From Eubacteriales bacterium (GTDB lineage Bacteria > Bacillota > Clostridia > Oscillospirales > CAG-272): DNA of 64,000 bases. The first letter of the stretch is position 1. Each line of letters begins with the position of its first letter. The DNA lies in the NCBI GenBank assembly GCA_045644805.1, contig JAZRHO010000036.1, forward strand, positions 2,504 to 66,503. Direction: 5' to 3'. Both the position numbers and the translations under genes were made by a program. Below, piece by piece: positions 9,227 to 18,753 of the stretch. The notes beneath the pieces were generated by a model. The model did not search any database. It saw only the letters and a list, made by a program, of their open reading frames with translations, and had not been told where the DNA came from.

Positions 9227-11158
9227 ATGGGATATACAATAGCACAAAAAATTATCAAATCTCACCTCGTATGCGGCAGCATGATTGCAGGCGAAGAGGT
9301 CGGGCTCCGAATCGACCAGACGCTCACGCAGGACGCTACGGGCACTATGGCTTATCTTCAGCTTGAAGCAATGGGAACCGAGAGAGTAAAAACAGAGCTT
9401 TCGGTAGCATACATAGACCACAATACACTGCAAGCGGGATTTGAAAACGCAGACGACCACCGCTATATTCAGACGGTCGCCAAAAAGCACGGCATCAGAT
9501 TTTCCCGCCCCGGTAACGGTATTTGCCACCAGGTACATCTTGAAAGATTCGCCATTCCCGGAAAAACACTTATCGGCTCCGACAGCCATACTCCTACCGC
9601 CGGCGGTATCGGCATGCTTGCAATGGGCGCAGGCGGCCTTGACGTTGCGGTTGCAATGGGCGGCGGAACTTATTACATAACAATGCCCAAAATGATACGG
9701 ATAAATCTTAAGGGAAGCTTACGAAGCTACGCCAGCGCCAAAGACGTTATTCTTGAGGTGCTTCGCCTTCTTTCCGTAAAGGGCGGAGTCGGCGCAATCG
9801 TTGAATATGCGGGTGAGGGTGTTAAGAGTCTCTCCGTTCCTCAAAGAGCTACGATTACAAACATGGGTGCGGAGCTTGGTGCGACAACCTCTATTTTTCC
9901 CTCAGACGAAACCACAAAAAAATTTCTCGAAGCCCAAGGGCGCGCGGAATGCTTCGTTCCTCTTGAGTCCGACGCTGACGCAAAATACGATGCGGAATAT
10001 ACCGTAAATCTTGACACGCTCTCGCCTCTTGCCGCATGCCCGCACTCACCCGATAACATAAAGACGGTAGCAGAGCTCGAAGGCGCAAAGATAAATCAGG
10101 TGTGCATAGGCTCTTGCACAAACTCTTCCCTCGCTGACCTTCTTACGGTCGCTGCGATGCTGAAGGGCAAGACGGTACATCCCGACGTCAGCCTTTCTAT
10201 TTCCCCCGGCTCAAAGCAGGTATATACCATGCTTGCTGAGTGCGGAGCGCTTGCCGATATTATAGCGTCGGGCGCGAGAGTTCTTGAATGTGCGTGCGGT
10301 CCTTGTATAGGTATGGGCTTCTCTCCCGGAACAAAGGGCATCAGTCTTCGTACCTTTAACCGCAATTTCCTCGCGCGAAGCGGCACTAAGGATGCCGAGG
10401 TATATCTAGTTTCGCCTGAGGTCGCGGCAGCGTCTGCAATTGCCGGAGTTTTCACCGACCCGACAAAGATTTCCTCTCCCGTCAGCATTACTATGCCTAC
10501 AAAATTCCTTATCAACGACAATCTCATAGAAATGCCTGCAGACGAAGATAGTGCAAAGAGCGTTACAGTTGAGCGAGGTCCTAATATAAAGCCTATTCCG
10601 AAGGGCAAGGAGCCCGAAGCCGACCTCAATTCAAAAATCATACTCAAGGTTGGCGACAATATTACGACCGACCACATAATGCCTGCGGGCACGAAAATAC
10701 TTCCATTCCGTTCCAACGTTCCGAAGCTCTCGGAGTTCTGCTTCACCGTTTGCGACCCCGACTTCCCGAGGCGCGCAAAGGCAGAGGGCGGCGGAGTTAT
10801 CCTCGGAGGCGTAAACTACGGTCAAGGCTCATCTCGTGAGCATGCGGCTCTCGTTCCGCTTTATCTTGGAATTAAAGCGGTAGTTGCGAAGAGCTTCGCA
10901 AGAATACACGTAGCAAATCTCATAAACTTCGGTATCGTTCCGTTTACTCTCAAAAATCCCGACGACTATGAGCTTATAGCAGAGGGTGACAGCGCATTTA
11001 TAGAAGGATTTGCAAGTGCGATAGCGAATAAGGATACGGCAATCATGAAGCTCTCAAGCGGCAAGGAAATAGAGCTTGACTTAAGTCTTACAGAGCGCCA
11101 GCGAGGAATCCTTCTTGCAGGCGGACTTTTGAACTACACGAAAAACAATTCCAAATAA
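9227..11158 (+). CDS. Aconitate hydratase
   Basis: 643-aa ORF with Fe-S ligand motifs IGSCTNSS and CGPCIGMG, and a swivel-domain C-terminus. Confidence 0.9.
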   Translation: MGYTIAQKIIKSHLVCGSMIAGEEVGLRIDQTLTQDATGTMAYLQLEAMGTERVKTELSVAYIDHNTLQAGFENADDHRYIQTVAKKHGIRFSRPGNGICHQVHLERFAIPGKTLIGSDSHTPTAGGIGMLAMGAGGLDVAVAMGGGTYYITMPKMIRINLKGSLRSYASAKDVILEVLRLLSVKGGVGAIVEYAGEGVKSLSVPQRATITNMGAELGATTSIFPSDETTKKFLEAQGRAECFVPLESDADAKYDAEYTVNLDTLSPLAACPHSPDNIKTVAELEGAKINQVCIGSCTNSSLADLLTVAAMLKGKTVHPDVSLSISPGSKQVYTMLAECGALADIIASGARVLECACGPCIGMGFSPGTKGISLRTFNRNFLARSGTKDAEVYLVSPEVAAASAIAGVFTDPTKISSPVSITMPTKFLINDNLIEMPADEDSAKSVTVERGPNIKPIPKGKEPEADLNSKIILKVGDNITTDHIMPAGTKILPFRSNVPKLSEFCFTVCDPDFPRRAKAEGGGVILGGVNYGQGSSREHAALVPLYLGIKAVVAKSFARIHVANLINFGIVPFTLKNPDDYELIAEGDSAFIEGFASAIANKDTAIMKLSSGKEIELDLSLTERQRGILLAGGLLNYTKNNSK

Positions 11159-11171
11159 GAGGTACATAAAA

Positions 11172-12347
11172 ATGGATATGAAAAACTATAAATCGGACCT
11201 TGACGCTGCATGCGAAAAATTCAGAGCTATCCTTGAAAAGCAGCTCGTCAGAGTTGAAGATATGAAGGCGCAAGGCGATTTTACGGACTATGAGGCGATT
11301 GATACAATCAAAATAGGAATCTGCGGCGGTGACGGTATAGGTCCTACTATTACGAAGGAAGCCGAAAGAGTACTGAAATTCATTCTTTCTAAGGAAGTGG
11401 CTGCCGGCCGTGTTGAGTTTATCACCATTGACGGCCTCACGATAGAAAACAGAATCGCAAAAGGAAAGGCAATTCCCGACGACGTTATGGCATCTCTTAA
11501 GTCTTGCGATATCATACTCAAGGGTCCGACCACCACACCTCAAAAGGGCGACGGAATGCCAAACATAGAATCGGCAAACGTTGCAATGCGCAAAGCGCTC
11601 GACCTCTTTGCGAACATAAGGCCCGTCAAGGTTCCCGAAGAGGGCATTAACTGGGTTATCTTCCGCGAGAACACCGAGGGCGGATATGCGGTAGGCTCTT
11701 CGGGCTTCAACGTTACAGAGGACCTTGCTGTAGACTTTACCATAACAACAAAGCAAGGCTCGGACAGAATCGCCCGTCTGGCTTATGACTACGCAAGGCG
11801 CAATAATATGACAAGAGTTTCTCTCGTTACAAAAGCAAACGTTATAAAAACCACAGACGGAAACTTCCTTGAGGACTGCCACAAGGTCGCAGACCTTTAC
11901 CCCGAAATAACCACCGACGAATGGTATGCCGACATTATGACGGCAAAGCTCGTTGACAAGAAGCGCAGACGCGATTTCCAAGTGCTTCTTCTTCCCAATC
12001 TTTACGGTGATATTATTTCTGATGAAGCGGCTGAATTCCAAGGCGGCGTAGGCACTGCAGGCTGCGCGAATATCGGTAAAAAGTATGCCATGTTCGAAGC
12101 AATCCACGGCTCTGCTCCGAGAATGGTACGCGAAGGGCGGGCAATCTATGCAGACCCCTGCTCTATGCTCCGTGCGTGCGTTATGCTTCTCAACCACATC
12201 GGATACAGTGAATATTCCGCAAGGCTTGAGCGCGCTCTTGACATTTGCTCCTTTGAGGAAAAGAAGCTCGTAATCACAGGCCGTGACACGGGTGCTACCT
12301 GCGAGCAGTTCGGCAATTACGTAATGGAAACCTTGAAAAATCTTTAA
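11172..12347 (+). CDS. Isocitrate/isopropylmalate dehydrogenase-family beta-decarboxylating dehydrogenase (probably isocitrate dehydrogenase)
   Basis: 391-aa ORF with the GGDGIGPTITKEAERVL and LLLPNLYGDIISDEAA motifs. Confidence 0.8.
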   Translation: MDMKNYKSDLDAACEKFRAILEKQLVRVEDMKAQGDFTDYEAIDTIKIGICGGDGIGPTITKEAERVLKFILSKEVAAGRVEFITIDGLTIENRIAKGKAIPDDVMASLKSCDIILKGPTTTPQKGDGMPNIESANVAMRKALDLFANIRPVKVPEEGINWVIFRENTEGGYAVGSSGFNVTEDLAVDFTITTKQGSDRIARLAYDYARRNNMTRVSLVTKANVIKTTDGNFLEDCHKVADLYPEITTDEWYADIMTAKLVDKKRRRDFQVLLLPNLYGDIISDEAAEFQGGVGTAGCANIGKKYAMFEAIHGSAPRMVREGRAIYADPCSMLRACVMLLNHIGYSEYSARLERALDICSFEEKKLVITGRDTGATCEQFGNYVMETLKNL

Positions 12348-12358
12348 TTAAAAATATA

Positions 12359-12430
12359 CCCCCGAATGCGGACCTTGACGGCTTTTGCCATCTTGGGATT
12401 CTCCGCGCTCGGGGGATTTTTGTTTTTTAT
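12359..12430. terminator. Terminator between convergent genes
   Basis: CCCCCGA (12359-12365) pairs with TCGGGGG (12409-12415), and GCGG pairs with CCGC inside. ATTTTTGTTTTTT follows. Confidence 0.6.
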
Positions 12431-12439
12431 TTTAGAATT

Positions 12440-15400
12440 TTAAATAAGCTTGATATTCCATACCGCACCGTCAGCAACGGTTATTCTCATAACAGCACAA
12501 TAGCTTTCGTCAGAGTTCTCGTCATAACCGAGAGCCGAAAGAGCCGCCTTAAGCTCGGCAAGGCTTACGGTAAGCCTAGACGTTCCGTTATCCGAAATAC
12601 TTACGCCGTCAATAGCCGTCTCTGACGTTACGCTTCCCTCGTTATCGTATACAAGCAAAAGAAGATTTACGGTAGCGTCAATGCCATCGCTTCCCTCCTC
12701 CTCGTAACGGTCGCAATAACCGATAACTATGCGCTCGTCATCTGCAAAGAGATACTGCACCTCGGTTGAATGCTCGCCGCAGTCTGCGCTTTCAAGCCCG
12801 CATCTTTCGCAATAGTATCCAACCTCTACGTCATACCCAAGCTCTTCGTCGTACTCATAGATAGGTTGATAGTAATGGCTCCATGCAGGCTCACTGTAAG
12901 AGTAATTCTTATTTCCGCATACAGTGCAGCACGTATATGAATAGCCTGCCTGAGCGCATGACGCATCCTGTGATACGTACTCATCCGAATATCTGCAGAA
13001 TGGCTCTTCAGATACAGAGCTATAGCCTCTGGAATTTGAGTAATACTGAACGCGTACGCATGTGCCATCCTTGCCGCCGGCAGTTATTTTATAAACGCTC
13101 TGATACCAGCTGAGAAGCTCATTAGTTTCATCATTATACGTCTCCGATCTTTCAAAGGAAACATACGATTCTCCGTCTATAACGATATAGGTTATAAGCT
13201 CCGTAGACCTCGTACCGGCTGCTTTATCGTATCTTACGCGGTAAATACGCAAATCGTTTCCGTCCGAGCTGCGTGTTACGTTATCTATATATCCGCAGCC
13301 ATCATGCGTACACACTGTATTTGTTATCACGTTTCCGTGCTCATCGATTGAGGTTGCAGTCAAAAAATCGTGAGTCGAGATATTGTGTGCTATATGATAT
13401 GTTTCTCTGTTGCAATCGCTGCAATAATTCGTTTTCTCATAGTAGCTTACGCACGGATCGTCCGTGGGGGTGGTTGTTTCGGTTGAGCTTTCCGCAGTAT
13501 GCTTTACATAGTCATACTTGTTATAGCTCATTTTTGCGTCGTAGCTATTATCGTCGGTATTGAAGTTTATGTAATAGGTATGCGTTTCAACGTAACGGCA
13601 ATTCGACTCGTCAACAATTGTGTAAAGACCGTAGGTGAATCCGCAGCTGTAGCAGGTATAAACGTCTATCTCATGTCCATCGACTGTAGCTGTACCGGTT
13701 TCTGAATAAGAGCAATAGCCTGTTCTGTTCACCGTGAAGGTGCCGCACGGGCATCTTAAAAGCGAGAACGAGATGTAGTGATAAGCAGAAGTGTTTTTGA
13801 TTTGCACACGGTAGCTGTACGTCGAGCCTGTCGGTAAATAATAGTGCGATGAGGAGCTGCTGACAGATTCCGTGAATTCATTGACAACCTCATGGCAGAC
13901 CGTGCATGTATCGGTTACTATGATACCCTTAAAGTCATATTTTCTTCCGTTTTCATAGCAAGACAGAGACGTATCAAGAACACGAGCGGTCCTTTTTGTG
14001 GTATGGGAAATCACGTCGTAAATGAGGTAGCTCCTTGAAAGCTTTGCGTCATTTCCCTCGGAGTCGCCGCCAATATAAATGTCAGCATATACCTTTTTGT
14101 TGCAAACGTCTGTTTCGGTATGAATCTTTATAACTACGTAGAAATTATCGGGGTGCGTACCGCTCATTGGGTCATAGTACATACTTCCGTCTATCACGTA
14201 AGCTCTTACGGTATCATCACTGCTGTTTACGTAAGACATTCCCTCAAAGAATTCATCAGAGTAAGAGAATAAGCTTCCACCGTGGAATTCCACACGGCTC
14301 ATAAGCGTTCCGCAAAGGCAACCGGGAACTATCGAAATATACGGAGCCTCGCCTTCGTAGTAGTAATTTTCATAATCCGCATAGTCAAGAAGATTTATTA
14401 CTATCGGATTGCTTATAAGCTCCGAATAATCATCGGGTGAGAGCTTTTCCGAAACCATTACGTGATCATAATAAGTTTCTGTTACCTCGGAGTAGGAGCA
14501 ATCATCATATGAACAATATCTTTTTTCAATGACGCCGCCCGTGCAATCCTCCGCGCCTTCGGCAAGAGTAAACTCGTATTCGCCGTACATATCATGTCCG
14601 TAGGACTGATAGACTTCGGTCTTCTCGTCACCGCAAGCGATGCATTTATACGTAGTATATCCGTCCGTGGTACAGGTAGCCGACACACCGTTAAGGTAAG
14701 AGTAGCTATGAGGAACAAGTGCAACTTCCACTGTAAGAGTATGAGAGCATCCCTCTCTTTGGCAGGTATAAGTCAGACTTCCGTTAACTGTGCACGTAGA
14801 TTGAGTGCCGGTTCCGCCATCATAAAGGTGGCCAAGCTCATAAACCACGTCTGTTACTACACGGTGTCCGCAACGCTCGCAGTTTTTAACGGTATAACCG
14901 CGGCTGTCACAGTCGGCATAAGTCTTCTCTTCGGTGAAGTTATGTCCGTAAACCGAGCACGCCTCGGCAGCAGAGACCACAGCGGGAAGATATGCCGAGA
15001 AGTGAGTTGCCTCAAAAGTTATATATCCGTTTGAATACGCAGCGGCTACGACCTCCACAGTTCCGTCGTCCGCAACGTAGCATACCGCGACGAGGTCCGC
15101 GTCAGACGCGTTTGCCACGAAGGGAATTGTTATAGTTATCTTGCCGCCTTCGAAGTCGGAAATATATGTATTATTTTGCTTAAGTCCGAAGTCGTATACC
15201 GTGCTGTTAAGTACAAGATTTTTAAGGTCTTCCCCAAGAGCATTGGCAAGAGCAGCCTTATCGTCATCAGAGAGCGTATTTGCTTCAAGTGAAACGTCAC
15301 CGTCTGAAACGAGACCAAGCGTTGCCGAGTCAAGCTTCATTAATACGTTATTCAATGAAATTTCATTTTCTGAAAGAAGACTCTTATCGAGTGTAGCCTC

Positions 15401-16771
15401 GGTTTCGGTGTATTCTATAACGGTTTTCGTACCCGAACAATTTGAGCAAGTGTACGACGTAACGCCGCTTACCGTATCTCCTTTTACCCACGCGTGAGCG
15501 CTTGTGTCGGTATATTCCGCGGCGTAGGAAGAACCTGCGCATCCGTGCGTGCACGTGTAGGTTTTAACACCCGGTGCATTGCACTTTGCAGGGGTGGTTA
15601 CTTCTGCGGTCATTGTATGTCTTTGCGCGCTGACGGTCTTACTTGCCGCTTCGCCGCATCTTGCGCAAGAGCCGGTATAGGTCTGAATATAAACGCAAGT
15701 CTCGCCTTCCTTAAGAGTCTCAGACGAGAAATACCAAAGGTCAACGCTGTGACCGTACTTCGATTGTGTAGTCTCGCATACGGTAGCATTGCACGAGCTG
15801 CACTTATAATTGTTTTTACCGTCAGACGTACAGCTTACCGCAACAGTACCGGAAAGCGCATATGAATGAGAAACAGTCTCAGCAACCGCGCCGCAGCATG
15901 CGTGCTTTTTATCATGCTTCGAGGAATCCTGAGCATTTACCGCGTAGGTAAAATCGGTGCTCGTATGAGCTGCGGGTATCACAGTTGAAGATGCGCTTAC
16001 CGTCACCGTAAGAGCCTCGTCGGAGAATCTTGTATCACAACCGGAACAGTACCAATATGCAACGTTTCCGTTTGTATCACAAGTGGCTGCGACAGCTCCA
16101 ACGTACTGCGCGCTATGCGTGTGCCCGGTGATAGGCGAGCCTTCCTTTTTTGTTTTCGCGCAGCTCTGGCAGGTATAAACCGTAACGCCCTCTGTCTGAC
16201 TGTCAGGAACGCCGCCGTCCCAGTTATGAGCAAGCGCTTCAGCAACCGCGCCGCAGCATGCGTGCTTTTTATCATGCTTTCCGTCGTCGGATTCGCAGGG
16301 TGAATAAGTAAACTCAGCACTCGCGTGGTTCAAAGGATTAAGCGCGCCGTAGGACGCCCCGCAGCTTTGGCATACAGCAGGAGCTTTACACGTAGCTGAT
16401 CCTCCGCTATGGCTGAGCCTCGAGCCCGAAACAGTACGGGTATCTTTTACAGTACAGCCTTCATTCGTGCAAGCTGCGCTTTCTGTTCCGTCTGCGGTAC
16501 AGGTTGCGTCGCCATTCGATGCATAAGCACCGAAGCTATGCGAAAGAGCCGGTATAGCCTCTTCAGAAGGCTGCTCGCAAAGATTGCAGGTGCGTACCTT
16601 ACGACCTTCCTCAGTGCAGGTAGCTTCTTTCGTTACTGTCCACTGACCGAACTCGTGCTTGCATTCCTCATTACCTTCACCTATGCACGAGAACATAGTG
16701 AGCATTGCCGCTGCTACAATAATCAGCACGGCAAGAACATAAAATATGCGTTTTAACTTCATAGCTATCAT
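12440..16771 (-). CDS. Giant exported Cys/His-module lipoprotein of unknown function
   Basis: 1443-aa ORF with a signal/lipobox-like N-terminus (LIIVAAAMLTMFSC). I hand-counted about 75 Cys. At least 15 tandem units follow the pattern x-H-x-[FYW]..C-T-x-x-G..C-x-x-C. A central Cys-poor domain carries KITITIPF..HFSAYLP. Confidence 0.85.
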   Translation of the reverse strand: MIAMKLKRIFYVLAVLIIVAAAMLTMFSCIGEGNEECKHEFGQWTVTKEATCTEEGRKVRTCNLCEQPSEEAIPALSHSFGAYASNGDATCTADGTESAACTNEGCTVKDTRTVSGSRLSHSGGSATCKAPAVCQSCGASYGALNPLNHASAEFTYSPCESDDGKHDKKHACCGAVAEALAHNWDGGVPDSQTEGVTVYTCQSCAKTKKEGSPITGHTHSAQYVGAVAATCDTNGNVAYWYCSGCDTRFSDEALTVTVSASSTVIPAAHTSTDFTYAVNAQDSSKHDKKHACCGAVAETVSHSYALSGTVAVSCTSDGKNNYKCSSCNATVCETTQSKYGHSVDLWYFSSETLKEGETCVYIQTYTGSCARCGEAASKTVSAQRHTMTAEVTTPAKCNAPGVKTYTCTHGCAGSSYAAEYTDTSAHAWVKGDTVSGVTSYTCSNCSGTKTVIEYTETEATLDKSLLSENEISLNNVLMKLDSATLGLVSDGDVSLEANTLSDDDKAALANALGEDLKNLVLNSTVYDFGLKQNNTYISDFEGGKITITIPFVANASDADLVAVCYVADDGTVEVVAAAYSNGYITFEATHFSAYLPAVVSAAEACSVYGHNFTEEKTYADCDSRGYTVKNCERCGHRVVTDVVYELGHLYDGGTGTQSTCTVNGSLTYTCQREGCSHTLTVEVALVPHSYSYLNGVSATCTTDGYTTYKCIACGDEKTEVYQSYGHDMYGEYEFTLAEGAEDCTGGVIEKRYCSYDDCSYSEVTETYYDHVMVSEKLSPDDYSELISNPIVINLLDYADYENYYYEGEAPYISIVPGCLCGTLMSRVEFHGGSLFSYSDEFFEGMSYVNSSDDTVRAYVIDGSMYYDPMSGTHPDNFYVVIKIHTETDVCNKKVYADIYIGGDSEGNDAKLSRSYLIYDVISHTTKRTARVLDTSLSCYENGRKYDFKGIIVTDTCTVCHEVVNEFTESVSSSSSHYYLPTGSTYSYRVQIKNTSAYHYISFSLLRCPCGTFTVNRTGYCSYSETGTATVDGHEIDVYTCYSCGFTYGLYTIVDESNCRYVETHTYYINFNTDDNSYDAKMSYNKYDYVKHTAESSTETTTPTDDPCVSYYEKTNYCSDCNRETYHIAHNISTHDFLTATSIDEHGNVITNTVCTHDGCGYIDNVTRSSDGNDLRIYRVRYDKAAGTRSTELITYIVIDGESYVSFERSETYNDETNELLSWYQSVYKITAGGKDGTCVRVQYYSNSRGYSSVSEEPFCRYSDEYVSQDASCAQAGYSYTCCTVCGNKNYSYSEPAWSHYYQPIYEYDEELGYDVEVGYYCERCGLESADCGEHSTEVQYLFADDERIVIGYCDRYEEEGSDGIDATVNLLLLVYDNEGSVTSETAIDGVSISDNGTSRLTVSLAELKAALSALGYDENSDESYCAVMRITVADGAVWNIKLI
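15879..16279. repeat. Internal direct repeat within the giant gene
   Basis: The 41-bp exact repeat TCAGCAACCGCGCCGCAGCATGCGTGCTTTTTATCATGCTT occurs at 15879-15919 and 16239-16279, exactly 360 bp apart. It encodes KHDKKHACCGAVAE twice. Confidence 0.9.
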
Positions 16772-16886
16772 TCCTTTTATGCTTGTTTGTAAATTATGAT
16801 TTACATTTTGCGCATTTTACTCGACCGAAAGAGTTTTTTGTTGTTTTTAATTTCAGCATTGATAAAAATCAAAAGACTTATCCGTC

Positions 16887-18071
16887 TCAAGCTTTTTCAG
16901 CCTTAAGCTCTTCAAGAAACTCGCCTATTCTCTTTAAGGCTTCCTTTATGTGCGCCGTAGAATAGCAATACGAGGTACGCACAAAGCCCTCTCCCGATTC
17001 GCCGAATGCTGTTCCGGGAACTACTGCAACGCGCTTCGACGAAAGCAGTCTTTCGCAAAACTCCTCGCTTTTAAGACCTGTGCTCTTTATACATGGAAAG
17101 GCGTAAAACGCGCCCTTCGGCTCACGGCAGGTAAGTCCAAGCTTATTGAAGCCCGATACGATTATTTTTCGTCTCATATCGTATTCCTCAAGCATTCTCT
17201 CTACCTCCGCGTCGCAGCTCTTCAGCGCCTCGACCGCGGCATACTGCGATGTTGTCGGAGCACACATTATAGCGAACTGATGTATCTTCGTTATCATGCT
17301 CATGACCTCTGACGGACCGCATGCGTAGCCGAGTCTCCAGCCGGTCATAGCAAAGGTTTTTGAAAATCCGTTTATAAGTATGGTTCTCTCCCTCATTCCG
17401 GGCACCGACGGCACACTCACGTGCCGTTTACCGCCGAAGGTCAGCTCGGCGTATATCTCGTCTGATATTACCATAACGTCGGTATCCTTAAGCACCTCCG
17501 AGATAGCGAGTATATCGTCATACTCCATTATAGCTCCCGTTGGGTTGCACGGATACGGCAAAATTATCGCCTTTGTTCTCGCGGTCAGCTTCTCCTCAAG
17601 CTCCGCGCGGGTAAGCTTAAAATCGTTTTCGGCTTTCGTATTTATAATGACCGGCACTCCGCCCGCAAGCCTTACCATAGGCTCGTAGCAAACGTAGCTC
17701 GGCTGGGGTATTATTATTTCATCGCCCGGCTCGGTTATAGCTCTTATAGCTCCGTCGATAGCCTCGCTTCCGCCTACGGTTATAAGTATCTCGTCGGAGG
17801 GGCGGTAGGAAATTCCGTATTTTCTGTTTACGTAGCTTGATACCTCGTCACGCAAAAGCTCAAGTCCGCGATTTGAGGTATAACGAGTGTCGCCAACCTC
17901 AAGAGAACGGATGCCTGCGCTTCTTACCTGCCACGGTGTTCTGAAATCAGGCTCTCCGACTCCGAGAGAGATTACGTCCTCCATCGTATTTGCTATATCA
18001 AAGAATTTACGTATTCCCGATGGCTTTATCTCCTTGACCGTTGCCGACAAAACCTTGGAATAATCTATCAT
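16887..18071 (-). CDS. Class I/II pyridoxal-phosphate-dependent aminotransferase (aspartate aminotransferase-like)
   Basis: 394-aa ORF with the SFSKTFAMTGWRLGY Lys-containing PLP motif. It overlaps the upstream regulator by 4 nt. Confidence 0.9.
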   Translation of the reverse strand: MIDYSKVLSATVKEIKPSGIRKFFDIANTMEDVISLGVGEPDFRTPWQVRSAGIRSLEVGDTRYTSNRGLELLRDEVSSYVNRKYGISYRPSDEILITVGGSEAIDGAIRAITEPGDEIIIPQPSYVCYEPMVRLAGGVPVIINTKAENDFKLTRAELEEKLTARTKAIILPYPCNPTGAIMEYDDILAISEVLKDTDVMVISDEIYAELTFGGKRHVSVPSVPGMRERTILINGFSKTFAMTGWRLGYACGPSEVMSMITKIHQFAIMCAPTTSQYAAVEALKSCDAEVERMLEEYDMRRKIIVSGFNKLGLTCREPKGAFYAFPCIKSTGLKSEEFCERLLSSKRVAVVPGTAFGESGEGFVRTSYCYSTAHIKEALKRIGEFLEELKAEKA

Positions 18072-18559
18072 AAAGAAATCTTGCTCCTTCCGTCTCGCTC
18101 GTCGCTTATCAGTTCGACATTGTGCTCTTTATATCTTCGCATAACGAACTGCGTGCCGGTAGAGGTCACGGAATCTATCATGGCAAGCTCGCGCGCAACA
18201 AAGTTTGAAACCTCGTGGAAGGTTCTTCCCTTTACTACAACGTTAAGGTCATAAGCACCCGACATAAGATATACCGACTCTACCTCAGGATATTTTGCAA
18301 CTCTCGCCGCAACCTCCTCAAAGCCAAGTCCCGCCTTTGGTGTTACCTTAAGCTCGATTATTGCGCTGACACTGTCGGTATCAACACGTTCCCAGTCAAT
18401 GACGCTCTTATATCCGCAAATTACACCCTTCTTTTCAAGCTCTGATATTCTGCACTCCGTTTCCTTCTCGCTAAGATCGGTAACGAGCGCTATATCGGAA
18501 AGCGGCATGCGAGCGTTCGCCTCAAGAAGCTTCAGAATTTTTCTGTCGATATTATCCAT
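18068..18559 (-). CDS. Lrp/AsnC-family transcriptional regulator
   Basis: 163-aa ORF starting MDNIDRKILKLLEANARMPLSDIA, with a C-terminal RAM-like domain. Confidence 0.9.
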   Translation of the reverse strand: MDNIDRKILKLLEANARMPLSDIALVTDLSEKETECRISELEKKGVICGYKSVIDWERVDTDSVSAIIELKVTPKAGLGFEEVAARVAKYPEVESVYLMSGAYDLNVVVKGRTFHEVSNFVARELAMIDSVTSTGTQFVMRRYKEHNVELISDERDGRSKISL

Positions 18560-18694
18560 TTTAATCTCCGTTTCCCCGCTCCCCGTGGAGGCGGCTGTAA
18601 AAATATATGCTCACGCACAAATGTTTATTTAAATATTTTACGTATCAACATTATATCCTCATTTTGTATATTTGTCAAGACATTTGTTTCTTAT

Positions 18695-18723
18695 TTGACA
18701 TTCTCCGTCATATAGTGTATAAT
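18695..18723 (+). promoter_or_regulatory. Sigma-A type promoter for the dipeptidase gene
   Basis: TTGACA (18695-18700), a 17-bp spacer, then TATAAT (18718-18723). Confidence 0.5.
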
Positions 18724-18753
18724 TATAAACGAAAATCATTTCGGAGGCGGAAT

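Noticed and set aside
11088-12197. A 369-aa minus-strand ORF. Similar long antisense ORFs occur at 25090-26199 (+), 39165-40214 (-), 10096-10746 (-) and 54205-54777 (+).
   Set aside because: All fall entirely opposite strongly supported genes (icd-like, GDPD, lysS, aconitase, DUF711). Their composition is low-complexity and Cys/Arg-rich, with no motifs. I treat them as shadow ORFs.
18607-18753. N-terminal extensions offered by the ORF track here and at 38016, 48030, 54018-54086, 41903, 8466, 32554-32592, 41758-41799, 55887-55910 and 60663.
   Set aside because: In each case an internal ATG has a much better Shine-Dalgarno sequence. The extension either overlaps the upstream gene or promoter, or adds non-homologous residues. 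I moved the starts accordingly, though the exact starts remain predictions.
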